NCBI RefSeq assembly: GCF_009914755.1
Contig: NC_060928.1
From: the human T2T-CHM13v2.0 reference genome, Homo sapiens
Length of the DNA: 64,000 nt
Reading direction: 5' to 3' (one strand)
Under the pieces are notes generated by a model. The model ran no database searches. It saw nothing but the letters and a program-made list of their open reading frames with translations, and was not told the origin of the DNA. A program made the translations under genes and the position numbers. Below are positions 42,501-56,321 of this stretch, piece after piece; the stretch's first letter is position 1, and each line of letters begins with the position of its first letter.

Positions 42501-43719
42501 CTAAGAAAATATTAACTATACTAAATGTTATGGGAAGAAAATACATTGAATGTGAGTTAAGGGCCAGTGTTTAGCATTCACATCCAGGATTCTCTGGATC
42601 TCAGTTGACTTGTCCTATACATCAAAATATGGCAATTTTTCAATCACAATACTGCTAAATGTTATTCAGGCATAAAGTTTCTTACCCACTGTTCCCTCAA
42701 ATTCATTTTTGACCCTAGTATTGGCAATAGCCCTTTGCTATTTATATAATTAAAACTTTTCTTTAAATTTCAATTGACAGGAAAAAGAGTCATTTTGTAC
42801 TCTCTTATCTATAACCATGTCTCACTTCAAGTCAATGCTACAATTGTCACTTTTATTTTGAAAAGGAAGCTCAGAAGGAAAAAAACTCTTAGAGAGATCT
42901 TCTAACAGAACATTTTTCTTCACTGATAGACATCCAAGGCCATTCCATTTCTAAATCACACTTATCCCTCAATCAAGTCAGTGACTGGATCATCTCCTAA
43001 GGTTTCACCTGCTTTGCATCAGGTAGGTGAGATGAAAGTGATTTTATGGGTAGCTTTCAGAAAAATGTACTGCACTGAAGTGACAAAGTTCTGTCTTGCC
43101 TGTTCTCTCACAAAACAGCATATCAATTAAATAATGTTTTCTTTACAATACAGTTTCATAGGACTTTCCATTTGTTTCAGAGTGCCTTAACTTTTTAAAA
43201 AAAGACACTGTTAACAAATACAATTATTTCTCTTAAAATCCACTCAGCCAGCATTTTTCACTATCCTATAAAGGCTTTAAATGTCACAGAATGTATGATA
43301 ATTTGCTCCTAACCTACTTTTGAAAAAGGAAAGATTCCAAACATTCTTGAAAAAATGGTAATTCAGAAAACACAAAAACCAATTATTTAAAATAATCCCC
43401 AAGCAAAAAAACCTCAGTGCAAGAATACTGCATACACTTTGCAGTACACGAAATATCACAAACAATGCTTTTATCAATGTGCTAACAGTGGATGTTGTTG
43501 ATCCTTTCAGTTCAGTAGCATAAAACAAATATACAAAAAATATGTAATAGTCCTCTAAAAACATTCATGCTATACTCTCAAAAGTTGTGCAAAAATAAAA
43601 ATACAGCAGTGGCAAAGTATATACCAAATACAGACACTATACAGACAGTGTGTAAGAAACTAGGCATATTGCAGAACACACCATCTCTGTAAACTTCAAC
43701 TCTGCATGAAATAGGCCAC
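39515..43719 (-). other. PDE5A: PDE5A 3' UTR (distal end approximate)
   Basis: Follows TGA at 43722-43720. AT-rich with few repeats. Additional AATAAA (- strand) at 42852-42857, 41772-41777 and 40664-40669. Confidence 0.7.
39537..39542 (-). terminator. Candidate distal PDE5A poly(A) signal AATAAA
   Basis: TTTATT on the + strand, ~4.2 kb past the stop codon, at the end of a largely repeat-free tract. Fits the recalled long PDE5A 3' UTR. Confidence 0.6.
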
Positions 43720-43857
<138 letters not shown>

Positions 43858-44654
43858 CTAAAGAGAAAAAAGAAAGCAAACAGCTAGAGAGAAGCCAGGA
43901 AATAAGTCCTCTCCCACAGGCCTGTTACAAAGGGCCACATCCCACACTCATTTCATAAGCAGACTCACTGTTGAAATTTTCACAAGCTTTGTGAGCACAT
44001 ACACAGATCATTTACACATGATTCTTCTAAAACACTACAGATAAGGAGTACATGCTGAGGGACAGAGCAAACACACACATTCCAAAATAACATTACTGTG
44101 CTAGGGAGACAGATCTGTGTGGAATCCACTTTTAGGGGAAAAAAGACATTTTGTTTCTATGTAGTACAGTTGGCTCTTCCTAAGTGTGACTGCATCAGGG
44201 AACTGCTTAGTTTTTGCGTTTTTCTAGGGAATGGTTTCATACAATGTACTTAAATAGGCTTTTATCCAGGATTATATTATAATAAAGATTCATAATTTGG
44301 TGTGGCATTATTATGTACCAATTATAGTGCCATAAATATTTAGCCACCAGAATGTTCATTTCAGATTTCTTCCTAATAGTGAACCACTTAAAATGACAAA
44401 TACCCAACAATAGGTTGTCACTGTAAAACCTCCCGCAGAATAAAAAAATAAAAAGAAACCTCACAGAAACACATTTGATACATAAAATATGGATATAATG
44501 ACATTATGGATTGCAAAAGGCAATTACTGAATTATTAAATGAAAAGTATATGAAAATGTCATAAAGCATATACATTGATATGTTATCTGTAGTTTTCTCT
44601 GGGTAATGGATTGTAACTGGTTTTATTTTCCTTTTTGCTTCTCAGTAATTCTGA

Positions 44655-44988
<334 letters not shown>

Positions 44989-45268
44989 TAGTGAGAACAT
45001 AACTATTTCTGTAATAATATTAAAAATACTTGTCAGTATCACATAGAATTTTCAACAGCAGATTCAAATAAAATGAATCCTTGTGTGTGTGTATATATAT
45101 ATATATAAATGTAGAAGGATAACATCTATAATAGGTGATTACTATGTTGACTGTATTTACAGGGATGGAGAAAACTCAAAAGAGCCATTAGTATTTTTAA
45201 TGGAGAAACTCTTAATCCAATCAATAAGGAAAGCAACTGTTATGGAAAGAATGAGATGTCCAAGTGTT

Positions 45269-45499
45269 TGAAACAATGCTCTGAACACACTTCATACTTC
45301 TGAGGAAGAGCTTTGAACAAAGGAGTAAACAAGTAGAATGCTGAGAAAAATAGGGAGACGACAGTGGCACATGACACCTAGTTTTTTTTTTTTTTTTTCT
45401 CCATGGTTCTTTTGGTATCTCTCCTTCCTTTCCCTGTCAGCCACAGTTCTTTATATTAAATTCTTTTGATGGCGAGAATCCTGGAGTAGGAGTGAGAAC
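45269..45499 (+). repeat. Local direct repeat, copy 1 (partner at 47084-47297)
   Basis: Shared blocks such as ctttgaacaaaggagtaaacaagtagaatgctgagaaaa and tattaaattcttttgatggcgagaa. Confidence 0.95.
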
Positions 45500-46279
45500 T
45501 GGACTGTAGATGCACCTCTCCCACTAACCACCTGTTTGGGGCAAATAGTCTGTCTCGTTGGGAGATGAACTTTACAAGTTCAATTACTAAATCTGAAATA
45601 TCTGGATTAGAATATTTCTAGGTTTTTTTTCTGCTCTTGACATTCTATGATAACTCCATGACAAATGTTCTTTTTCCAAATAATTAAAACTTAAAACATT
45701 TCCGTTTAAACCTTCAAAGACAAAGACAACTTCTTCTTTCTGCATTTGAGTCATAAACATCTAAACTAATAAATTAGATGTTTTAGGGAGAATCTATTTG
45801 CCTACAATAACCACCCCCCCTCCAAAAGCCAAGCCAGCAGATACGTGGAAATGGGAACCTGCAATATTCTACCTCCTTCCTTTTAATCTCAGAAGAATTT
45901 TTATAACTAGAGTAAAGCCACATTATGACAATGAGAAAAAGTTGGATTACTTTTCTTTATTTAGGCTAAAATTTAGACTTAAAAAAAGAATATGCTAACG
46001 CATAGTATATACAGTATTGCTCCTTGAGGGTAACACTGGCACATAATTCTTCTTAGCATCCCCAAATCAATTTGTTGGAGATTAGCACATAGTAGGCACT
46101 CAATAGATATTAGTATGTGTTCCTTGTTCAATACAAACATGTTCATCAGTAAAAGAAACCATACTGCTAATAATTTTATTTCTTGATTTAGAAGCAAAAT
46201 ATAGGCGCCTAATATTAATCTCTTCAATTTTAGGTTCTAATTCACAACAGTCCAAGTTTAGCAAGTCTAGTAGTTTTCA

Positions 46280-46411
<132 letters not shown>

Positions 46412-46418
46412 TTATTTA

Positions 46419-46787
<369 letters not shown>

Positions 46788-47017
46788 TAATACAAAAAGA
46801 AAAAAAGAGGAAAACTCTTATGTTTTATTTCAAGGAAACTCATTCCAAAAAACAGAAGTGGGCTGAGAGGAATCTTTACTTGTATCTGAGATCCATACTC
46901 TATGTAAAAAGGCAGTATGTATCAAAGACCTTTAAATTCTGTTTGCCCTTCAACACGACAACTTTGGGAATTTATGCTAACAAGATAATGAAGAATGAGG
47001 TTTGGCGGTTTATCTAT

Positions 47018-47364
47018 TCCCTTGGTGTAATGTTTGCAGTGTTCACTATTACAAACAGCACTGTGATAAACATCTATGATAGATGAAACACTGCTCTGAA
47101 CACACTTCTGAGGAGAACTTTGAACAAAGGAGTAAACAAGTAGAATGCTGAGAAAACTGGGGAGACTGTGGTGGTGGCATGACATCTGGTCATCTTTCCT
47201 CCATGTTTCTTTTGGTATCTCTCCTTCCTTTCTCTGTCAGCCACAGCTTCTCTATTAAATTCTTTTGATGGCGAGAACCAAGGAGTAGGAGTGAAACATC
47301 TATGATGGATGTTTATCACAGTGCTGTTTGTAATAGTGAACACTGCAAATATTACACCAAGGGA
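47018..47364. repeat. 68-bp inverted repeat (47018-47085 / 47297-47364) enclosing direct-repeat copy 2
   Basis: tcccttggtgtaatgtttgcagtgttcactattacaaacagcactgtgataaacatctatgatagatg versus its reverse complement, with 3 mismatches by hand count. Confidence 0.95.
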
Positions 47365-47699
47365 CGTAGGTAAATTATGGTTACATCGATTTCATGTAAT
47401 CATGATAATACATAAGAATATTTGTTAAAATGAAAAGTGGTTTCTAATACTTAAGCGGAAAAAAACAAATTACAAAGAACACTGATACAATATGATGAAC
47501 CCAAGAGTCTTTATTATGCCTTTTATTGGTTTTGCTTTCTGTAATGAACATGTATAATTCTTCCAATGAGAAAAAAGTTTTAAAAAATAAAATGAGAAAT
47601 TGTGGTCCTAAGGAAAGATCCCATAGAGCCATAAAAAGGAGTCTACAATTAAAAAAAAAACAATTTGAATAATTCCTACCAACAAGGTTTCATACTTAC

Positions 47700-47774
47700 A
47701 GTGGGTTCTATGTTGAGTTCTTTTCTCTCTCTGTCTCCTTGATCAAAAAATTCAGTTGCTACAAGTTCTGCTAT
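47700..47774 (-). CDS. PDE5A: PDE5A exon 19 (75 nt)
   Basis: [25 protein letters not shown]. ttcag / gtaagt, phase 0/0. Confidence 0.97.
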
Positions 47775-48734
47775 CTGAAATAAATAACAGACTCAGTTTT
47801 GACAATGAAAAGCATATCATTCTTTAAAACAGAGACCGTGAATGAAGGCCCTGTTAGGAGCTGTATATCTCCATTTTATAGCAAATAAGCAGCAGCTTGA
47901 TACCCGAAGACAAGTAGTCCATGTCCAAAGCGTGCTCTCTTAACTATTACATTATACTCTTTTTCACTTAGGTACATCTCTCTGTCTTTGGTAGCTTCCA
48001 ACATTTTTCCCTTTTAATTTTATTTAAAAATGTTTTCTTCATTTATTTTCCCCCCATAAAACAGTATGTACAAGGGTTTGATTCAGGGGAGAGAAAGGAT
48101 ATATGAAGACACATTCTTCCCTCTTCTATTCTCTTACCTGGTTAGAAATAAATAGGCATATAGTCCTGTTTATTATGGGCAGGAAGGTAGGTAAAGATCA
48201 CCTAAGTGCTTATGGCGTGTTGGCTTTGGCACATGGAGAATGAGTTTTTGATCTTGTTTTCTCGGCATGTCTGTTTCATGAGATGAGCCTGTAGGAAGAG
48301 TTACTAGGCTCCCTGACTAAGCAGCCCGGAGTCTTGACCAACAGCAGGCTGTCAACAATCCTAAATAGCATATTTATTACGGACTCAAAATGAAATCTTG
48401 AAAAACAAAAACACAATATATATGTCACTGCATGGACATCCATCACTTTTTCTGAGCCTGTATTGCCTCTGCAAAACATTATAGCAGTTACTTAGAGGGA
48501 AGGATTTTTTTCTAGCCTCCTGGTAACAGGCTCCATTCAGAACGTTCTCGACATCTTATATCAATACTTCCTACATCTACAAGCCCCAGAAATCTCTATG
48601 TTCTACTTGTTAATGTCTATTTAGAGCTGAGGCACAGCGTAGAAGGCTAACCATAAGAAAAGTAATTTTGCTTCTTCTAATTTTCAAGGTCATTAAAGGG
48701 ATGACCTTAAGAAACAAGTAAGCCAGAAGTATAA

Positions 48735-48870
48735 GTTATATTCCAAATCCAAAAATCTGAAACCTAAAATGCTGGTTCAATGAGCATTTTCTTTAAGTGT
48801 CATGTCAGTACTCAAAATGCTTTGAATTTTGGAACATTTTGGGTTTTTGCATTAAGTATGCTCAGCCTTT
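48735..48870. mobile_element. Tigger4/MER46-like fragment
   Basis: ccaaatccaaaaatctgaaa...tgagcattttcttt...gtcatgtcagtactcaaaa...tttggaacatttt. Confidence 0.65.
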
Positions 48871-49069
48871 CACACTGAAATGAAAACTGTGCTAATGTAG
48901 ATGCTCTCTTTCTTAATATATCTTACAAATATTATGTGCAAATGCATCTTCTAAAAAGAAAAGCCTTTGTATGTCCAATTATCTGTTTTTAATACTACTT
49001 AAAAATTCCAAAAAAAATTCCATACTTACTTCAGAAGCTACCTTTAAGAGTAAAAACTTACTTAAAAAA

Positions 49070-49610
49070 ATTTTTTTTATTTTAGATTTAGGGGGTATAT
49101 GTGCATGTCTGGTATATATGTATATTGTGTATTGGTGGGGACTGGGCTTCTAGTATACCCATTACCCAAACAGTGAACGTTGTACCCGGTAGGTTGTTCT
49201 TCACCCCTTGTTCTTTTCCCACCTTTCCCCCTTTTGGAGTCCCCAGTGTCTATTATTTCCATCTTTATGTCCGTGTGTACCTACTGTTTGGCTCCCACTT
49301 ATGAGTGAGAATGTGCAGTGTTTGATTTTCTGTTTCTGAGTTAGTTCATTAAGGATAATTGGCCTCCAGCTCCAATCATGTTGCTGCAAAGGACATGACT
49401 TGATTCTTTTTATGCCTGCATAGTATTCCATGGTGCATATGTACCACATTTTCTTTATCTAATCAACTGTTGATGGACAGTTAGGTTAGTTCCATGACTT
49501 TGCTATTATATAATAAATGGTGCTGTGATGAACATATAAGTGTCTTTTTTATATAGTCATTTATTTTTCTTTAGGTAGATACCTAGTAGTGGGATTGCTG
49601 GGTAGAATGT
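49070..49610 (-). mobile_element. Older L1PA/L1PB 3' end
   Basis: ggcttctagtatacccattaccc...ctcccacttatgagtgagaatgtgcagtgtttg...gatacctagtagtgggattgctgg. Confidence 0.88.
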
Positions 49611-49654
49611 TATTTTGACTTTTTAATTATTGTTATTGTCACTAAGTAACATAC

Positions 49655-49718
49655 CCGTTGTTGAATAGGCCAGGGTTTTGTAATTGCAGAAAGATCACAA
49701 GCTGTCATCAGCATTGCC
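49655..49718 (-). CDS. PDE5A: PDE5A exon 18 (64 nt)
   Basis: (L)[21 protein letters not shown] includes the metal-binding Asp. acag / gtatgt. Confidence 0.97.
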
Positions 49719-50973
49719 CTGTTATGGAAAAAAGAAACCCAAAACTCCTATTTACTTTTGTGTTATTATATACCCTCAGTAAATAGTTACTAATAAAAAA
49801 AAGTTAAAACCCTCTAAACAATGGAAATGGCAGTTTATAAAGACCAAAGAAAAAGAAACAATTTATATGAAAGTCTAACTAATACATTGATAACAGAGCA
49901 TCATTGTTTCAGTTTCCCTTTGAACTTTTGGAATTTGTCCTCAAACTGCCTCATTTAGCTCCAGATTGGCAGACTGAAAAATTATTAACCTTGGGTAAAA
50001 TCTTGCCTGCTTTTATTATTTTTGTCACCTTAGTATTCCATTCTCAGCGACAGTATGATGAAAGTACATTGATTACTAATAACCATTAAAGTACAACATC
50101 AGGTATCATACTGATAAAAGTCTTATATCAGAAATTATAGTAGGTCATCCTAATTCACTCAACACACATGGTAACTTCTAAATGAAAAGCCTTTGAATGA
50201 TTAATCATGTTTTTCAGCTTTCTCCTTTATTGTTTCTGCATGTTGAATTATAGTTAGGAAAGTTTTCTCACTCCTAGGTTATAGAAGAATCCATCTATAT
50301 TTTTATTTAATGCTTGTATGATTTAATTCTCTACATTGAACTCTATGCTTCAGTTGGAATTTAAGTCTGTAGAGTAGATCCAATTTTGTCTTTTTCCATT
50401 TGGTTATCCACTTATCTCTCTCTTTCCTCCAGTCACTGGAAATGTTATCTTTATTATACACTATATGTCTTATGCAGTTCTAGATTTTCAGCTGTGTTCC
50501 ACTGGTCTGCCACCAATATCAAACTGTTTTAATCATAGAGACTTAATAGTATTCCTTCCATGTCTGGACCCTGACCTCACTGCTCTACCTTTTCAGATTT
50601 TCTTTAAGAGAAGTAAACATTTTGCAGCTATATCTTACTTCCACAACATTTATAATTCCATTTTCAGCACTTCCATTACAATGAATTAGGAAAATGAATA
50701 AGGGAAACCTATAGCCATATATTGATACTCTACCACATTTTAAAGGTTTTTCTAGAACAAAGGAACAGTTCATTCACTTGGATTTGCAAATGCATTTCTT
50801 TTCAAGTAAATATTCAAATTTACTCTTTGTACAACCCTCTGGAGAAATCTGACCGCTTTTAAGATCATCATATTGTAACAAATAATTGCAATAAAAACTA
50901 ACAGTGAGGAAAAAATAGTGAGAAAATTAACTGGGTAAAAAACTTCAGCTTTAAAGATAGTAAACCTACTTAC

Positions 50974-51051
50974 AAAAACAACTCCTTTTGATGAGGATCT
51001 TCCAAATTGAATTGATTTTTTCTTATAAGTTCAAAAAATTCTCCTCGCCTC
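50974..51051 (-). CDS. PDE5A: PDE5A exon 17 (78 nt)
   Basis: (K)[25 protein letters not shown](L). gtag / gtaagt. Confidence 0.97.
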
Positions 51052-52721
51052 CTACAATGTTTAAAAAAAAATTGTTAGTTATAATGAGTACCCAGGGTCT
51101 TATCCCTTTGGTCCACAAAGACTCATGGACTAAATTTTGGTGAAAAAAAACCTCTGATTTTTTTTCCCATCTTAGAGCCCACTATAAAATCATCATTTAC
51201 AAATCTTTAATACCTCACTTTCCCCCTTCTATCATTTGCTTTCGATAAAACATTAAACCTCACCTAATTTTTAACTATAGATCACAAATTATGGTAATTT
51301 CAATTCTTGAATATTTGTTATTTTAAGAAAAATGAAACAGTATGAGTTAAAAATTTGATGCTGAGAATGATTTCAGGTATTTTAAGTGCATGGCATAATA
51401 AGATCTATAGGTTTCAGTTTATCATTTATTTCATGGTAGGGGATAAAAATATCTAAAGTTGTGAAGTGCTTCTGAAGTAAACAAAGACTAGGTAAAGTTT
51501 AAAATAAAATAATATTTGTTATTATTCAGTGAATATAATAATATTTGGTGTACAGTGAATACCTCTTTATGTGCCCAGTATTGTTAAGCATTTTGAGAAG
51601 GCATAAGACAAAAATTTTTCTTTTCGCAGTGTTTAATATCTACCTGGAGACACAAGACTCAAGAAAAACTTACGTAATAAAACTGATAGTATATGATTAT
51701 AAAAAATGAAAAGTATGTTTCATAAGGGTTCAAAGGAGAGACCCATGTGGCCTGTAAAGCTTAGAAAGGCATTGTGGTTACAGGTATTTTTCAAATTCTT
51801 GGTAATTTGATAATCCTTATTCTGCAATTATTTTTAATAAACTGAAGTTTACTATTAATATATATTATTTTGTCTTAACCTCAAAATGCTCTAAAAACCA
51901 ATTAAGTAGGCACATGCAGTTACTTCTAGATGTATAACAGTAGATATCTGGCAGATGTTTTTGTGTTTTTTCTATGTGTTTTTACTTCTCCTAAGAGTAA
52001 CTACAACCATGAATGTGAATTCCTTACAGAGGGAGAGAGACTCATGTTACAAGGAAATCCTGAGAGTGATTCCCTGACTCCCCTCATTCCCACACATGCG
52101 TCAAAGATCTCAGCTAGGAGTTGGAAACTTATGATTGCTCAAATGCAGGAAAGTATTTTCTAGCTTTTAGAAAGGCAGTTTAATCATGAAAATGCATAAT
52201 CACAGAGACAACTCTAATGTATACTCTTATTTTAGAATCAACAACTTCAAAGTTCTACATAAATATTCTTCTCCTGCCAAAATCAAATAAAAAGAAACAA
52301 GAGTTACTTGCTTGGCAGTAACTCCTTTTCCTGCCCAACTAAGCTTGAATGACGGTATAAAGGAGTCGTGAAATGGTCAGAAGTTGTGGGGAGCAAGGGA
52401 AAGGAGGAAAAGCAAATGATCTATATAATCTTTGGACAACATGGCTTGGAATGACTGACCTTGAGATGGCTATTAGATTTGTATATAGTTTCAGAGACAC
52501 AGTGGTAGATAAACATCAGAAATAATAGGTATTCTTAATTTTCAGCAGTATAAGCCAAAGGAGTAGACTTTTCTGGCTACCCTTTCAGAAACTGCTCCGT
52601 ATTCTGATAAGCAGTTTTGCCAGGACATTTCTGCTTTGAAATTTCTCAATATGGATGTCAAAAGTTTGAAACAATGAAAAGACTTCAAATACCTATTTCT
52701 CAGGTTATTTCTTAAAACTTA

Positions 52722-52847
<126 letters not shown>

Positions 52848-55800
52848 TTAACATCCTGGAGAAGCTGCTGACAAGAACAAAATCTAGAAATATATTCACA
52901 TATCTTAAACACATGCCCAGTATTCTAATGAATGTGGAGGACACACTTAAATACCATGAAATAAAGTTTCCCCTCTATGTTCCCACCCAACCCCTCTGTC
53001 ATACATGTAAACCGCTTCATAATGCTTCATCTGCCTACATATGCATGTTTTTCCAACTCTTATACTCCTTAAGCCTTAGTCCAGACTTAAAATCTAATAG
53101 CTATCCTTTTCCGTAGGGCAGACTAATCGCTATAATTTAACAGCATGTAAAACTTTGAAAAAAAAGCCATATTAATGGATATGAAGAAAGAAGTGGTAAA
53201 ATTTTTAAACTTCTCTATGGCATTTTAAATAAATCCAGTAACATTTCTGGTGCAAATTTATATAATTTTAACTTGGTCAGTTATGATAACAGTGCATATT
53301 CCTTAGGAACATCTTAATATAGATGGGTAAAGGGCATGAGCCAAAGGGTGCTTACTGGTCAGTGGTGAAAGAAAGCGTGGGTTGAAACATCTATAAGGAA
53401 TATTTAAAAGGTAGCTAATCCATGTGCAAATCATTCAAAGTTTTCACTATGTAACCATTTTTTATTTCTTATCTGTAATTTAAAGCATAGTGGTTCTCTA
53501 ATCTTGAACTAAGTAAAATACACAGACCATGCACTCAGAATACAATCAAAACAACATCTGTAAGTTGAGTCAGATGTGCTTCCTATATCTTAGGGCCAAG
53601 AAAAAACCCAGACGCTTAGGAATGAGATCTGAAGGCAAGGGATTTGTTATGAAGACAGGAGAACTTCTGGGTATGTTAGGCTGGGGCCAAAACACATTGA
53701 TTAAAGGATAACTAGATGCTGAAATTGTGGCATGGATCTAATTAATGACAATAATCTATAATTACAACCATAAACATTATTTTTAAATACTAAATCATTT
53801 TAGATTCTAGGCTAAACAGAAAACTATTCAGAAAATACCTTCTGATACTTACTTTAAGATAAAACAATTTCAAGTGGAAGATGAAATGTCTTTTGGTGCT
53901 ATATTTTTATTTTTTACTCTCAAAAGCTGAGGATATAATTTCTTGTGTAATTATGCTTACAAAGATAGAATATATAGATAGGTCTTATAATTTGAGCCAG
54001 CCATATAGATAATCAGATTCCTTATATATTAAGTAACAACATATTACATAATAAGTTATATAGTAACAGGTCAGTTGATAGGAATACTGTAAAATATGCT
54101 TTTAAAAAAGCATATTTTCTTTCTTTGGAGCTAAATTTGTAGTGGGATACTGAAATGAAAGTTTTAGTGGAAACACACAGATAGCAAAAGTACAGATGTT
54201 CCTACTATAACATGACATATACATTCCTGAGAAATTTCAGTTCTGAAAAACCGTACACTAAAAATAACATGGATTTTGTGAAAAAATGGTATTGGGAAAG
54301 ACCACTCAAAACCTATGCAACTTTGTAACCAGAGCACAAACTAAACCAAGAATTGGTTCCTCTGGAAGTAACTTGGACAGGCCAGTCTGGCAGGTCTGGA
54401 GGCTGCTTCTGAGGACATTAAAGATGGACAAAAACAATCAAGTAGAAATGCTGGTTTGAGGGGCCCTGCAATAATGCATATAGAATTGATTGTTGAGACA
54501 GTAACTCTGCTATTAAGGTGGGCATTGAAAGAAGAGCAAGCTACCAAGAGGCTACAGCAGTCCAAAGCGAGGGAGAGAGCCTCAGGTGCAAGTGCTCATT
54601 TTTAATATTCCTAAGATAGAATGGAAAGGGCTGTATATGCACGAGCCAAAGGGAGGGCTTTTTCCTTTATTGCTGAAGGTCAGAATTCAACTTCTATAAT
54701 TCTGGCACCTCTTACCCCAGAGAAGTCGTGTATGAAATGATAGAACGTCTATAGTATACTGATACCATTCTTCTACCTCCCAATCACACATGATATAATT
54801 CACATTAAACAGTCACATGTTGTAGAAAAACAATCTGTACTAGACCATATACAGATTTTATAAGGAGGTTGCCAAAACAGGCTATATAACTCTTAATTCC
54901 TCCCCGACACTGAGGTGTTGAGGGAGGCGTGAGAGTGTGTTCCCCTCTACCTCAGGTAAGAGAGAGGGGTGTGGAGTTCCTGTGTATGTCTCCTATCATT
55001 TAGTGGGTGGAGGTGGGGCTAGAGTAGACTTGTGTCTGACTCTTGTCTGGAAAGTCTAAAAGCAAGGCACTCATATCAGTACCAGTCTGTTAAGAATGTT
55101 TTGATGTTTCTTACCTATTCTCCCTTCCCATTCTCCAAGTATGAAGAGGTAAGAAACCACATGGAGGTTGGGGAGAGAGGAAGGAGTTAGAAGAAACACA
55201 AGGTAGGGAATGGGAGAAGCCTACCAGTGCAGTAACAGAAAACCTGAAACTTTAAATCATGTTCAAAATTTGGACTGCTACCCAGGAGTACACATTTTTG
55301 TTTCTGAGTTGAGAACTCTATACTATATGTTGGAACCTAAAGTAACTAGAGGGCTTTTACTTATAAAATAGTGACCAGAAAAGTGATGGGAATCCCTGAA
55401 TTTTTTTCCAGGGCTCAGGAAAGAATTAGCCCAACTGAGTAAACTTAGCAATATTGTAAAATTGCTTTAAGATTATATGTCATGCATTGTGTATGTTCAA
55501 TGTAATAGTTAAAACTTTCATTTTTTCTTATTATTAAGGTAATACATACACACAGCCGACAATGTAAATAATGAACAACCATCCCCCCCAAACAAAGATT
55601 AACAATTTCATTACACCAGCACAGCCATTGTTAATATCCTGGTGCATATTATGTTAATCTTGTTTTCCTTAACATAAGTATGTTTAGCATAGCATAGCAT
55701 ATGCTTTCTTATGTTGATAAATATTCATTTCACCAAGTAGTTAAATAGCTTTATTCTTTAATAAAATCCTCTCTTAGTGACTGGAAGTTTCAATAAAAAG

Positions 55801-56156
55801 AAGAAAGGGTATTGCTTTGTGAAAGCAAATGCTTGAGCTATAGAAACCACTTCATTCGATTAAACAAAAAAAGCAGAATTAACTGAGAGCCACAAAATAC
55901 ACATTTTGTTTGTTTCTAATTTGGAATAGCCACGTAGAGTAGAATAACCAAATTTCCCTTATTGGGCAACATGTAGACAGTTCTGGTTGTCTAGAGAAGT
56001 GAGGCTGTGAGGATCTCAAATGTTTTGGCTTCGCCTTCCTTACCCAAAAAGGAATAAAGTATGTGCAAGAATTTATGATGCTGGGAATAAATCCAAGAAC
56101 TAAAAATAAAACTGAATTTATAAAGCTCTCTTTTAAAATTCCACAACAATAAATTA

Positions 56157-56321
<165 letters not shown>

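Noticed and set aside
46820-47343. Opposite-strand ORFs sharing FTITNSTVINI
   Set aside because: This is a by-product of the inverted repeat, with no sign of coding function.
47018-47364. A new MITE family with terminal inverted repeats
   Set aside because: No TSD is visible, one arm continues an L1M relic, and the interior copies local intron sequence. It is kept as a templated-rearrangement finding.
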